Shown in pieces: positions 15,495 to 24,678 of a DNA stretch of 27,630 bases (position 1 is its first letter; each line of letters begins with the position of its first letter). Origin of the DNA: Nitrospinota bacterium (GTDB lineage Bacteria > UBA8248); NCBI GenBank assembly GCA_030754595.1, contig JASLZZ010000021.1, positions 1-27,630 on the forward strand. Direction: 5' to 3'. The notes under the pieces are model-generated. The model was not told the origin of the DNA, did not search any database, and saw only the letters and a program-made list of their open reading frames with translations. Made by a program: the position numbers and the translations under genes.

Positions 15495-15869
15495 ATGGCT
15501 AGCGAAAAAATCCTATTGATCGACGACGAGGACGACATCCGAACGGTCGCTCAAATGAGCCTTCAGGCCGTGGGCGGTTTCCGGGTTCTTCTTGCATCCG
15601 GAGGCGAGGAAGGGCTGGAAATTTCCGCGTCGGAAAAACCCGACCTGATTCTGCTCGATGTCATGATGCCCGGCCTGGACGGCCCGGGGACCCTGAAGCG
15701 CCTGAAAAGCGACCCCAACAGCAAGGATATTCCCATCGTTTTTTTGACCGCGAAAGCACAGTAAATGGAAATCAACCAATTAAAAGAGATGGGAGCGGCG
15801 GGGGTCCTCACCAAGCCCTTCGATCCGATGAAGCTTCCCGAGGACGTCCGGGAGTTTCTGCCGGGCTGA
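15495..15869 (+). pseudogene. Single-domain response regulator with an in-frame TAA at 15762-15764
   Basis: ILLIDDE...LLDVMMP...FLTAKAQ* continues in frame as MEINQLKEMGAAGVLTKPFDP...PG* to 15869, so the conserved KPF lies after the stop. Confidence 0.9.
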
Positions 15870-15899
15870 TTTCATCCACCACCATAAATGTAAATTCAA

Positions 15900-16268
15900 A
15901 TGACAAATAATGAGCCGAAGAGTTCCGATTCCATGAAGACCGCGATTGAAGCCCTTCGCAAAGACTACGTAAACAACTGGCCCGAAAAGCGGAACCATCT
16001 CGAAACTCTGTTTGAGAATCTGAAAAGAAACCCCAAGGACAAAACGATAATAGGGGAATTTCGCATGAATTTTCACCGCCTCGCGAGTTCGGGCGGCTCC
16101 TACGAACTGCCCGATGTCTCGATCTCCGCGCGCGAAGCGGAACTTCTCATCGTCCCGTTTCTTGATGGTGATGAGGTTGTATCTCATGAAACGATCAAGA
16201 AAATACAAAATTACATCCAATCTCTCGATACAATATTCACCAAGGCCGCAACGGAAATTAACCCATAG
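15900..16268 (+). CDS. Hpt (histidine phosphotransfer) domain protein
   Basis: Helical 122-aa ORF with FHRLASSGGSY...S..AREAE, an Hpt-like H-x-L-x-[G/S]-S motif. Lies directly after a receiver gene. Confidence 0.8.
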   Translation: MTNNEPKSSDSMKTAIEALRKDYVNNWPEKRNHLETLFENLKRNPKDKTIIGEFRMNFHRLASSGGSYELPDVSISAREAELLIVPFLDGDEVVSHETIKKIQNYIQSLDTIFTKAATEINP

Positions 16269-16352
16269 CAGGTCCCAGGAATTCAACAAACCATTTAAGC
16301 GCAGACCCTACAATTTATTCCGATTTCCACCGCCCGAGCGCCTTCTACTCCA

Positions 16353-17153
16353 TCAGGCGGGAATTTTCAGTATATCTCTCGCCTCGTCGACTGTGGCCAT
16401 CTCTCGATTCAGGTCTCCTGCAATCCGGGCTATCCTGACAACATGCTCGCCGTTGTCACCCAAAACCCCCGGCGCCAGATAGGGCTCATCCTCGCTCCCG
16501 ACCCGGACGTGTCCGCCCCTCATTACGGCCATCGTGTGCAGGTTTATCGCATTCGGGTCGGTCACGCTCGTGGCATACACCGACCCGTCGATAAGGCCCG
16601 CGGTCCGGTTGAGAAACTCTTCCACGGTCGCGGGAGACCAGCATCCACCCGGTCGCCCAAAAAATATCGTCAAGATAAAAGGTGGCTCGATGAGCCCTTT
16701 TTCCGCCAAATCGTTGAGGAGCCACATCTCTCCGAGACCGAACACCTCGAACTCCGGCTTCACACCGTTGTCATTGCACATTCGCATCAACTCTTCGAGT
16801 TCCTCGCGCGGGTGGAGCATCATCATATCCCGGTTCAGAAAAACGAGGCTGTGAGCATTGAGCGCTACCGAGATCATCTCGGGTTTATTCTTAATCACCT
16901 CCCAGCGCTGTTCGACCGACTGAGTGGAAATTCCGTATTGAAGCATAACGCCGCATCGATCCCGAATCGCCTTCGAATGAGATTCCCACGCATCGAAATT
17001 ATTTGGCGGGGCATGTATGTGGGCGATCGCGGCGCCGGCTTTCGAAGCCTCCTCGACCGACGCCGCCAATGTATTTGAGTCGGCGAATCTCGCGGGAACC
17101 CCGGGATGCATCGATGTATCGGCCGCGCAATTGGTGATGATGAGTTTATCCAT
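16353..17153 (-). CDS. Beta-keto acid cleavage enzyme family (BKACE/DUF849, Kce-like)
   Basis: KLIIT, AGAAIAHIH, KPEFEVF, GGHVRVGSED and RE.AT.DEAR.IL. Confidence 0.88.
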   Translation of the reverse strand: MDKLIITNCAADTSMHPGVPARFADSNTLAASVEEASKAGAAIAHIHAPPNNFDAWESHSKAIRDRCGVMLQYGISTQSVEQRWEVIKNKPEMISVALNAHSLVFLNRDMMMLHPREELEELMRMCNDNGVKPEFEVFGLGEMWLLNDLAEKGLIEPPFILTIFFGRPGGCWSPATVEEFLNRTAGLIDGSVYATSVTDPNAINLHTMAVMRGGHVRVGSEDEPYLAPGVLGDNGEHVVRIARIAGDLNREMATVDEARDILKIPA

Positions 17154-17314
17154 GAATATTCTCCCGTAAAAAAAATGAACTGATTTGTCAGTGCCGTTAT
17201 TGTCCGAAAATCATAGTTCTGCAATTCGCCGCCGGCACGTCACGTCCTTCGGAAGAAATTATCAACCCCGCCCGAATTTTACAGGCGTATGACAATTCCC
17301 ATCTTTGCAACGAA

Positions 17315-18091
17315 TCAGTACTGAACGAACCCGCCGTCCACATTGATAGCCTGCCCTGTAATTCCGTTCGAATCGTCCGAGGCCAGCAAAAGCGCCAACG
17401 GCACACACTCGGCGGCTTCGATAAACCGCTTCATCGGAACGCGGTTTCGGAGTTCCTCTCGCTGTTCCTCATACGATTTGCCAGTTTCGTCCGCCCATTT
17501 TTGTATGCTTTCCTCGAACATATCGGTATCGACAAAAGTAGGACATATACAGTTAGCGGTTATCCCGAAGGGAGCCACTTCGGCGGAAAGCGACCGCGTC
17601 AACCCGAGTACAGCGTGCTTCGAGGCGGCATAGGCGCTGCGATAGGCGAGGCCGATTTTCCCCGAAACCGAGGCGACATTAATGATCTTGCCCTTTTTGC
17701 GGCCGATCATCGAAGGCAATACCTCACGAATCGCCACAAACGGGGCCTTGGCGTTGATCTGCATTGTCCGGTCCCACACCTCGTCCGGCAACTCGTGGAC
17801 AGCCTCGAAGCTGACAATACCCGCATTGTTCACCAAAACATCGATCGGCCCGAGCTCTTTCTCCGTGGAACGAAGGGTATCTAAAATGTCACTGTCGTTC
17901 GTGACATCACAGCGGAAAACGAGCGCCTTCCGGCCCAGACCGCGGATCTTTTCGGCCAATATTTCCATCTTTTCGACCCTTCGGGCTGCAAGGGCGACAT
18001 CCGCCCCTTCTTGGGCAAACGCCATGGCAATCTCGCCCCCGATGCCGCCTGAGGCGCCGGTAATGAAAGCAACCTGGTTTTCGAGCTTCAT
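17315..18091 (-). CDS. SDR-family oxidoreductase (3-hydroxybutyrate dehydrogenase/FabG-like)
   Basis: TGASGGIG, NNAG, YAASK and ITGQAINVDGG. Start placed at MKLENQ after a GGAG SD. Confidence 0.92.
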   Translation of the reverse strand: MKLENQVAFITGASGGIGGEIAMAFAQEGADVALAARRVEKMEILAEKIRGLGRKALVFRCDVTNDSDILDTLRSTEKELGPIDVLVNNAGIVSFEAVHELPDEVWDRTMQINAKAPFVAIREVLPSMIGRKKGKIINVASVSGKIGLAYRSAYAASKHAVLGLTRSLSAEVAPFGITANCICPTFVDTDMFEESIQKWADETGKSYEEQREELRNRVPMKRFIEAAECVPLALLLASDDSNGITGQAINVDGGFVQY

Positions 18092-18146
18092 TTCTTCTCC
18101 TTTTTCTCCTTCAAAACCCCATATATTTTTGGATCGCCATTCAAAA

Positions 18147-19406
18147 TCAGACAACACCGGCGACGATCTTCTCAAAATCGGCGTTTGTAAGTTGACGCTT
18201 GCGGTAGCGAATCTGAGAACGCACGCCCGCGATCACATCCTGCTCCTTTCCTTCCGGGATTGTGATGCCGAGTTCCTTCGCTTTCGCCCTGACGGCCCAG
18301 GGCCCCGAATAATGCCCGAGAAGGTTGTGCATCGTGTTTCCAAACACCTCGGGTTTCATACAAAGATACGCCCAGAAGCCCTCCTCCGTATCCGGCACAC
18401 AGTAATGGACCTCAACGAGATGAGAAAACGCCGTTTTGCCGACGAAGGGCATCGTGTCCGTCATGGGCCATTTCATCACGTCGGAAACCAACCGGGATAG
18501 TTCCGCCATCTTGTCCAGCTTTATGCCGCAATCGATGCCGTAATAAATCTGTATGACCGAGGCCACCTCGGCCAACGGCGCGATGTGAGCCCGCTCACCA
18601 AGCCCGTTGACACACACATCGATCAGGTCCGCTCCGCCCTCCAAACCCGCATACAGGGCGGCTGTCGCCAAGCCGATGTCGTTATGGGTGTGAAGTCCGA
18701 TCTCGGTGCCGGGAAGCAACCGCTTCATCTCCCGGACAACGTGGGTGTACACATGGTAAATCGCCATCCCGTTGATATCGTCCAGTTTGATCATGTCCGC
18801 CCCGGCATCCACAAGCTTCCCGCACACCTCAGCGAGCCGCTCGATGGGTATCCGGGTGCAGTCTTGAATCAGACAGCCCACCTTTTTATCCGGGCCCGCT
18901 TTTTCGCGGGCGTAAACGACAGAGCCCATGGCCCGCTCAATCGCCTGCTCAACCGTAATGCGCTCGCCGGCCATTGATTCGAAAAGACACATTTGCTCCG
19001 GTGAAAACGAAAAACACAAGGTCGTGTAATCGGCCCCATGTTCAAAATTGAGATCCACCTCTTTCTTGGCCAACTCGGGATTCAGGACGGCCGTAGGGTG
19101 GACCAGCGCCTCGACGATCACCTCCGGGTGGCGTTTTTTGACTTGCTCTATTTCCTGGGGATCGTCGTGATGCATTTGGAGCATGCTGACGCCCGCTTCC
19201 ACCAATTTATCCGCGATGAGAAGGACATCCTCGAGACGCAGGGAAACACCCGGAAGCTGACGGCCTTCCCGAAGGGTGATGTCGCAGATTTGCAGTTTCT
19301 CGGGAAGCGTCATCTTCGCCCGAATTTCCTCCGAGAAACAATGCTGCGATATTCGCCACGAGTCGGTTCGCGGTTCGAGGTTTTCGTTTACTGGGAACCC
19401 TGCCAT
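18147..19406 (-). CDS. DRE-TIM metallolyase (homocitrate/isopropylmalate synthase-like) without a LeuA regulatory domain
   Basis: DITLREG.Q, HTHNDIGLA.A, NGLGERA, VG..AFSH and LG.YSG. AAGGAG SD. Confidence 0.85.
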   Translation of the reverse strand: MAGFPVNENLEPRTDSWRISQHCFSEEIRAKMTLPEKLQICDITLREGRQLPGVSLRLEDVLLIADKLVEAGVSMLQMHHDDPQEIEQVKKRHPEVIVEALVHPTAVLNPELAKKEVDLNFEHGADYTTLCFSFSPEQMCLFESMAGERITVEQAIERAMGSVVYAREKAGPDKKVGCLIQDCTRIPIERLAEVCGKLVDAGADMIKLDDINGMAIYHVYTHVVREMKRLLPGTEIGLHTHNDIGLATAALYAGLEGGADLIDVCVNGLGERAHIAPLAEVASVIQIYYGIDCGIKLDKMAELSRLVSDVMKWPMTDTMPFVGKTAFSHLVEVHYCVPDTEEGFWAYLCMKPEVFGNTMHNLLGHYSGPWAVRAKAKELGITIPEGKEQDVIAGVRSQIRYRKRQLTNADFEKIVAGVV

Positions 19407-19624
19407 TTGATTCTCCTTTTAAAATAACAAAATACATAATTCCAAAGAAACCAAATCAGTCAACGCTCATTTCATCGCTCGGAAATAGAGAATCTTCGGG
19501 ACAACATCAGTGAAAATATTCTTCTTGCCGTTCCGGAAGATACCCAAATCACATACTTGGATAAATCCGAAAACCACCCGGACGTGATGACTCGACACAA
19601 TTCCGGGTAAACCGCTCCAGCCTA

Positions 19625-19712
19625 TTGCCTCTCAAGCGGCGGGGTCATGCCCGCATTAAACGCGTGTAGCCGGAGCCTCAAGGGTTACTTCGCGCCAGTA
19701 AGGGAGAGGCAA
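19625..19712 (+). other. Intergenic multi-stem structured element (candidate ncRNA or mobile-element end remnant)
   Basis: A 9-bp closing stem TTGCCTCTC/GAGAGGCAA encloses the GCGGG/CCCGC hairpin and a CGCG + GTAGCC/GGTTAC + CGCG arm. Confidence 0.45.
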
Positions 19713-19720
19713 CGAAGATA

Positions 19721-20503
19721 TTAAACCACCGGACAAAGACCCCCGTCGATATTGACCGCGGTCCCCGTAATATAGGAAGCGGCATCCGAGGCGAGAAAAC
19801 ACGCCATGTTGGCGTATTCCTCGGCATCTCCCAACCGGCCGAGGGGAATGCTCTTCCCTCGTTTAATCAAATATTCCTCGAAAGACATGTACGGCTCCGC
19901 TCTTTTGTGAAAACGCCGAGTCTGGTCGGTGATGATCTGGCCCGTACACAGGGCGTTGACTAGAACATTGTGAGGAGCGCCCTCCCCGGACAACACTTTC
20001 GTCAAGGCCATCCCCGCCGCTCGCGTTACAACCGTCGGCGCTTTTTCGGCGGCAGGAGCCTTCCCGCCGATAGTGACGATGTTGATAATTCGTCCCCAGC
20101 GGCGCTTTTTCATCGAAGGAAATGCAAGCCGGCAAAACCGAATGGCCCCGAAAAGTTTCAGGCTCAAATCGGCCTCCCACATTTCATCGGTAATATCCTC
20201 AAATTTCCCGACCATCGAAGTGCCCGCGTTGTTAACCAAAATATCAACCTTACCGAAATCGGACGTTACCGACTCATAGGCCGCCTTGATCTGGTCGGCA
20301 TCGCTGGCATCACACACATAAGCGCCGACTCTTCCCTTTCCCGCCCCCTCAATTTCGGATTTCGTCTCTTCGAGTACCTCCGGCCGCCTTGCGACAATAG
20401 CCACATCCGCCCCGGCTTCGGCTAATTTCATGGCGATAGCCCGGCCCATGCCCCGGCTGCCTCCGGTGACGAGCGCGGATCTGCCATCCATCCGAATTTC
20501 CAT
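19721..20503 (-). CDS. Atypical SDR-family oxidoreductase
   Basis: TGGSRGMG, NNAG and ASYITG...IDGG. The YxxxK position reads TVVTR. Start placed at MEIRMDG. Confidence 0.9.
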   Translation of the reverse strand: MEIRMDGRSALVTGGSRGMGRAIAMKLAEAGADVAIVARRPEVLEETKSEIEGAGKGRVGAYVCDASDADQIKAAYESVTSDFGKVDILVNNAGTSMVGKFEDITDEMWEADLSLKLFGAIRFCRLAFPSMKKRRWGRIINIVTIGGKAPAAEKAPTVVTRAAGMALTKVLSGEGAPHNVLVNALCTGQIITDQTRRFHKRAEPYMSFEEYLIKRGKSIPLGRLGDAEEYANMACFLASDAASYITGTAVNIDGGLCPVV

Positions 20504-20696
20504 TTCATATCTCCCATTAAAACCACCAGAAGGAAATCGACAAAATTCCATGAATATTTTCAACTAGGTTATTTCAAATCGGAGGAATATTCCAGGAGTC
20601 ATGAATACGCAGGGACAGGTTGGCCGGGCAAATGCATGAAGTAGCGGGTGAACGGGGTTTTGGCGGAAATATTATTTCTGAGCGGACAACTTCAAA

Positions 20697-20816
20697 CTAG
20701 ACCGCTAGGCTGTGCCGGGAGGCTCGATTCCTTTGGAATTCAAGAAATTCCGGCGGAGAAAGAGGTTCTGCGAAATAGTACCCCTTCTTTAACTTAGCTT
20801 CTACTTCGTCATTCAT
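20697..20816 (-). CDS. Candidate 39-aa small ORF MNDEVEAKLKKGYYFAEPLSPPEFLEFQRNRASRHSLAV
   Basis: Near-perfect SD TAAGGAGGT directly before the ATG. The ORF does not appear in the supplied track. Confidence 0.45.
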   Translation of the reverse strand: MNDEVEAKLKKGYYFAEPLSPPEFLEFQRNRASRHSLAV

Positions 20817-21242
20817 AGCACCTCCTTATCGAGCACGTTGATCAGCCTGTGGTAATAAATTTATACGCAGGAATGATGCCGTGTATCTCCTATGCTTTTC
20901 GCCCTACCTTTTTCATCCCATATTTTCGAGAGATTGAAACTGCATTCCAGGAATTAGCCAACTCGAACACAACGGCGTGTCAATCGAAAGCATCCCCTCT
21001 TTCCCCATTCTTTCACAATAGGAAAAGACTTTTCCCGTCTAAATCGCAATTCCTATGCCTTTTGATTGCTCCAGATGATCATAATAGTCGGATTTGATAA
21101 TTCCTTGTTTGTCCAACCCCCCTGAGTGAATCCTTTATTTATAGTAGAGCAATGAAATTTATTACCTCTACTGTGATTGACATTTTGGCAGGGATTGAAT
21201 CCTTTTGAATAAATTGGCTTGATATCCTGTCACATCCCTTAA

Positions 21243-21638
21243 GCCCAGCTGGAAGCCGGTCCGGTGCGGCGGCTGCTCGACGCCCACCCGAACCTTCATT
21301 TCATGACCTCGCACGCCAGCCCTTATTACCAGGGAGGGGGCAAACCCTTTATCAACATGTTCGAGGGGGGCCGCCTGAAGCCCGAGTGGTGGAAACTAAT
21401 CTCCGAGCATCCCGATCGGTTCGTCTTCGCGCTCGACAACGTCTTTGCGAGGTTCTGGACGCCCTCTCTCTATCTCGGGAAGATGGACATGTGGTGGCGA
21501 GCATTGGCCGACCTCCCGGACGCCGCCGCCCATGCCCTAGCGCACGAAAACGCCGAGCGGCTCTGGAAGCTTCCGCCCAAGTCAAAAGACTTGGCGGTTA
21601 CCCCGCCCTGGCTCTCCGCGAAGGAACCGGCCCGGTGA
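21243..21638 (+). pseudogene. C-terminal fragment of an amidohydrolase_2-type TIM-barrel protein
   Basis: LLDAHPNL.F, HPDRFVFALD and LAHENAERLW. An in-frame TAA sits at 21240, and AT-rich DNA replaces the N-terminus. Confidence 0.75.
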
Positions 21639-21665
21639 GCGAAGGCACGATCTTTTAAGTCCTAC

Positions 21666-22808
21666 TTACGCCCCATCATGAGATGAAACCGCCACGACCG
21701 CGGGGCTGCCGGATCGGTTGCTCCAGGCGTGATTGGCGCCCCGCAGTATCGCGACATCCCCTGTTGCCAAATTCACTTCTTTAGTGTCAAGCACCAGCGA
21801 AATTTCGCCCTCGAGGACAAAACAAAAATCGGCGGTTCGTGTCTTTTGCATGTACGGATGAGGAGCCGAGGGCGAATACGTGGATGCGCCCGGAGAGCCC
21901 ATGGCGCTGAAAAAAGCCTGGACCTCGTCGGAGCCGACCTGGCCCTTCCAGGTGTCATCCGGGGGAAAGGTGACGACCCTGCAAACAGTGCCCTTCGCCG
22001 GGGGCTCAATCGTGTGCGACGATTGAAGCGATTCAAAAACCATCCCCGCGGGATAGCTATCAGTGACCCAGAGACGCGCCGAGGCAAAGCCCGGCCGCGC
22101 GGGATCGAAGCGCACGTCGGGCGCCGGACCGTCACTGACCAACGAGCCTTTCCCATCTTCCCTGTCTATGGTCACTATCCTCCGGGCAGGTTTCACCCCA
22201 TCGGGCAGCTTCAGACTGGGATCGGGATGAATGACCTTATCGTCTCCCTGGGCCAGGCCCGACGGCCCGTCCACGAAGCGCGTCCCGATCATGTCGAAGG
22301 CCATCAGGCATTCCTCCCGGAGGCTGCCCCACTGATGCCATGCGCCTATCTGGCAAACTATATCGCCCGCCTTCATCAAGAGCGTACAATCATCCAGAAC
22401 CAGTTCCCGCTCGCCCGACAGCACGATGCCGTAATCCACCGTCTCGGTCTTGTGCATACCACGGCCTCGATCCCATCTCCTCCTCGAGGGCGCGGCCGTC
22501 GGCTCATGCGTCGGTTCTATTGCCGGGTTCTTGGCGGGGTCCAGGTTGTCCGGATATTTCGCTGCATGAATGATGCGCAAGTGCCCCCCGAGGGCCGGAC
22601 CCGGGAAATCATACGGCAGGGTCCCATCGTCGCGCTCTCCGGAGAGGAGAGGAACCTTGTCGTACCAGACCCAAAGATCGGTGTGGCCTCTCCCCTCTAT
22701 CGGGCCCGGGTAGGAGTTGGGGGCCGGGCCATCCCACACAACTCTCGACCTGCCGCGCTCGTCGTTGCCCGTGACTACTCTCCGGATCGGTATCAGTCCT
22801 GTCGCCAT
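21666..22808 (-). CDS. Tandem double-cupin protein
   Basis: Two repeats of RR.VT....G.....DGPAP ... M.KT.T.D...VL.GE..LVLD ... H.W. Start placed at MATG. Confidence 0.85.
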   Translation of the reverse strand: MATGLIPIRRVVTGNDERGRSRVVWDGPAPNSYPGPIEGRGHTDLWVWYDKVPLLSGERDDGTLPYDFPGPALGGHLRIIHAAKYPDNLDPAKNPAIEPTHEPTAAPSRRRWDRGRGMHKTETVDYGIVLSGERELVLDDCTLLMKAGDIVCQIGAWHQWGSLREECLMAFDMIGTRFVDGPSGLAQGDDKVIHPDPSLKLPDGVKPARRIVTIDREDGKGSLVSDGPAPDVRFDPARPGFASARLWVTDSYPAGMVFESLQSSHTIEPPAKGTVCRVVTFPPDDTWKGQVGSDEVQAFFSAMGSPGASTYSPSAPHPYMQKTRTADFCFVLEGEISLVLDTKEVNLATGDVAILRGANHAWSNRSGSPAVVAVSSHDGA

Positions 22809-22998
22809 AATCTCTCTCTCCCTTCTAGACATGTAGTTCCCATAATATCTGGCTCAAATCCTTTTCTGGAATTGTCTCGAATTAGGATGAAAGCTTGAGC
22901 AAAACAATACCCACAAACCCCCACAACCCTCCTAAGAACCTCCTCGCCCGCTCAGGCATTCACCGTTTGCACACATCCGAACCGATCCCGTCCAAATC

Positions 22999-24678
22999 TT
23001 ATCCGATAGCCAGCGGAGCCATGGCCATGACATCGGTCGCGACATCCACCACAACGAGCCGATCCGCGGAGAAGGCCTGATCGAGTGCGCTCCCGATTTC
23101 GGAGGGCTTATCCACCCGGATACCGAGGGCGCCCATCGACTCGGCCACCTTTGCGAAATCGGTATCGTCGTACTGCCAAATTTCTTCATGGTTGCCATGC
23201 AACTCGCCCCCCGCGATCGCAGCCAGCCCTTGGAGTCCGTGGCTCAAGGCGCCGTTGTTGTTGATGAGAATGACAGCGTTGATCTTCCGGCGCACAGCAG
23301 TCTCGACCTCGGCGAGGTGATACCAAAATCCCCCGTCTCCGGTGAAAAGAACGACGGGACGGTCGGGCAGAGCGCACTTCGCACCCAGTACGGCGGGCAA
23401 ACCCCATCCCAGCGAACCGGCGCACCGGATGAAACCCTGTCCCGGCTCGGTAAGATCGACCATCCCTCCCGTCCACATTCCCGCATGACCGGTGTCCGCG
23501 ACCAGGAGCGCGTCCGGCGGAAGACGATCGGTGAGGTCTTTGCAAATGCGCTCAGGGCGGATGGGGACGGCATCCGAGTTCATGAGGGATTCGAACTCCT
23601 TGTACCATTCCTTCACCGAAGTTTTAGCCCGCTCGGTCCACTCCCCGCGGGAGGGGGCGGTAGCGGCGTCGGCCGCCTCGGTGAGCTTCCGCAGGCTGAC
23701 CTTCGCGTCCCCCATGATGGCGGCCTTGAGCGGGTAGTTCCGCCCGAGCTCCTCGGGGTTGATATCGAGTTGGATGACAGGCGTCCCTATCCGGGGGAGC
23801 CTCCAGCGATTCGTCACCTGGCCGCCGGTCTGGCTCCCGACGAAGAAAACGAGGTCGGAATCAAGCACCGCCCTGTTCGCGGTCTCGCGGGAATATACGC
23901 CGACGACGCCCACCGAGAGCGGGTGGTCCGCCGGTACGGTGTCCTTGGCGTTGAGGGCGGTAGCGATGGGGATGGAAAGTTTCTCGGCGAGTTCCACAAG
24001 CTCCGGCCCCGCCCCCGAAGCGCGAACACCGCCTCCCGCGACGATGATGGGATTCTTCGCCGCCCCCAGGAGCCTTGCCGCCTCCTGAATACTCCCCGGC
24101 TCGGGCTCGGGCCGGAAAGCGGGCACCTGGGTAGTGGCCTCGTCCACGAGAACCTCGAGGTCTCCCTCCGCGTTGTCGGTCAGTTGCCCCCCAGTTCCCA
24201 TGAGCTCCAGATGGACAGGTCCCGGAGTTCCAGAGGTGGCGACCCGGAAGGCCTCTCGAAGCAAGTCGGGGTACCGCTCGACATGCTCCACCCTGACGTT
24301 GAATTTAGTGACCGGTTCGAAAATAGAGAAGTCTTCGACTTCCTGGTAGACATTTCGATAGTGGGTTTGGGGGTCGGTTCCACCCGTGATGGCTACCACG
24401 GGAGAGCACCCGAGATAGGGGTCCCGAAGACCCGCGGCGAGGTTGGACGTCCCCACCGTCTGGGCCATGCATATCCCGGGGCGGCCGCAGGCGCGTGCGT
24501 AGCCATCCGCCATGTAAACCGCCGACTTTTCTCCGTGGGTCAAGATACGCTGGATATTCGTCCGCTCATCCATTTCGAAAAGGGCGCGTTTAACAATTCC
24601 TGGCATAAAGAAGACATAACTTACACCGTAGGCCTGGAGCGCTTCAGCAAAAAAACGCGCACCTGTCATTTTGGGCAT
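22999..24678 (-). CDS. Thiamine-diphosphate-dependent enzyme (acetolactate synthase large subunit-like)
   Basis: E..A.YMADGYAR, PGPVHLE and the GDGG...NNN ThDP motif. No small subunit is adjacent. Confidence 0.9.
   Translation of the reverse strand: MPKMTGARFFAEALQAYGVSYVFFMPGIVKRALFEMDERTNIQRILTHGEKSAVYMADGYARACGRPGICMAQTVGTSNLAAGLRDPYLGCSPVVAITGGTDPQTHYRNVYQEVEDFSIFEPVTKFNVRVEHVERYPDLLREAFRVATSGTPGPVHLELMGTGGQLTDNAEGDLEVLVDEATTQVPAFRPEPEPGSIQEAARLLGAAKNPIIVAGGGVRASGAGPELVELAEKLSIPIATALNAKDTVPADHPLSVGVVGVYSRETANRAVLDSDLVFFVGSQTGGQVTNRWRLPRIGTPVIQLDINPEELGRNYPLKAAIMGDAKVSLRKLTEAADAATAPSRGEWTERAKTSVKEWYKEFESLMNSDAVPIRPERICKDLTDRLPPDALLVADTGHAGMWTGGMVDLTEPGQGFIRCAGSLGWGLPAVLGAKCALPDRPVVLFTGDGGFWYHLAEVETAVRRKINAVILINNNGALSHGLQGLAAIAGGELHGNHEEIWQYDDTDFAKVAESMGALGIRVDKPSEIGSALDQAFSADRLVVVDVATDVMAMAPLAIG

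Noticed and set aside
15762..15764. Stop-codon reassignment or readthrough in the receiver gene
   Set aside because: TAA terminates other genes in the window normally (e.g. at 5979), so a point lesion is the simpler explanation.
19639..19660. Pistol ribozyme (5-bp stem, 6-nt loop, then TTAAA)
   Set aside because: There is no downstream pseudoknot partner for the loop, and the remaining core residues are absent.
20621..20636. Sigma54-like TGGC-N8-TGCA on the plus strand
   Set aside because: No plus-strand gene follows within about 600 bp, and the match to the full consensus is weak.
20849..21097. 82-aa ORF in the AT-rich interval
   Set aside because: It has no SD, no motif and atypical composition.
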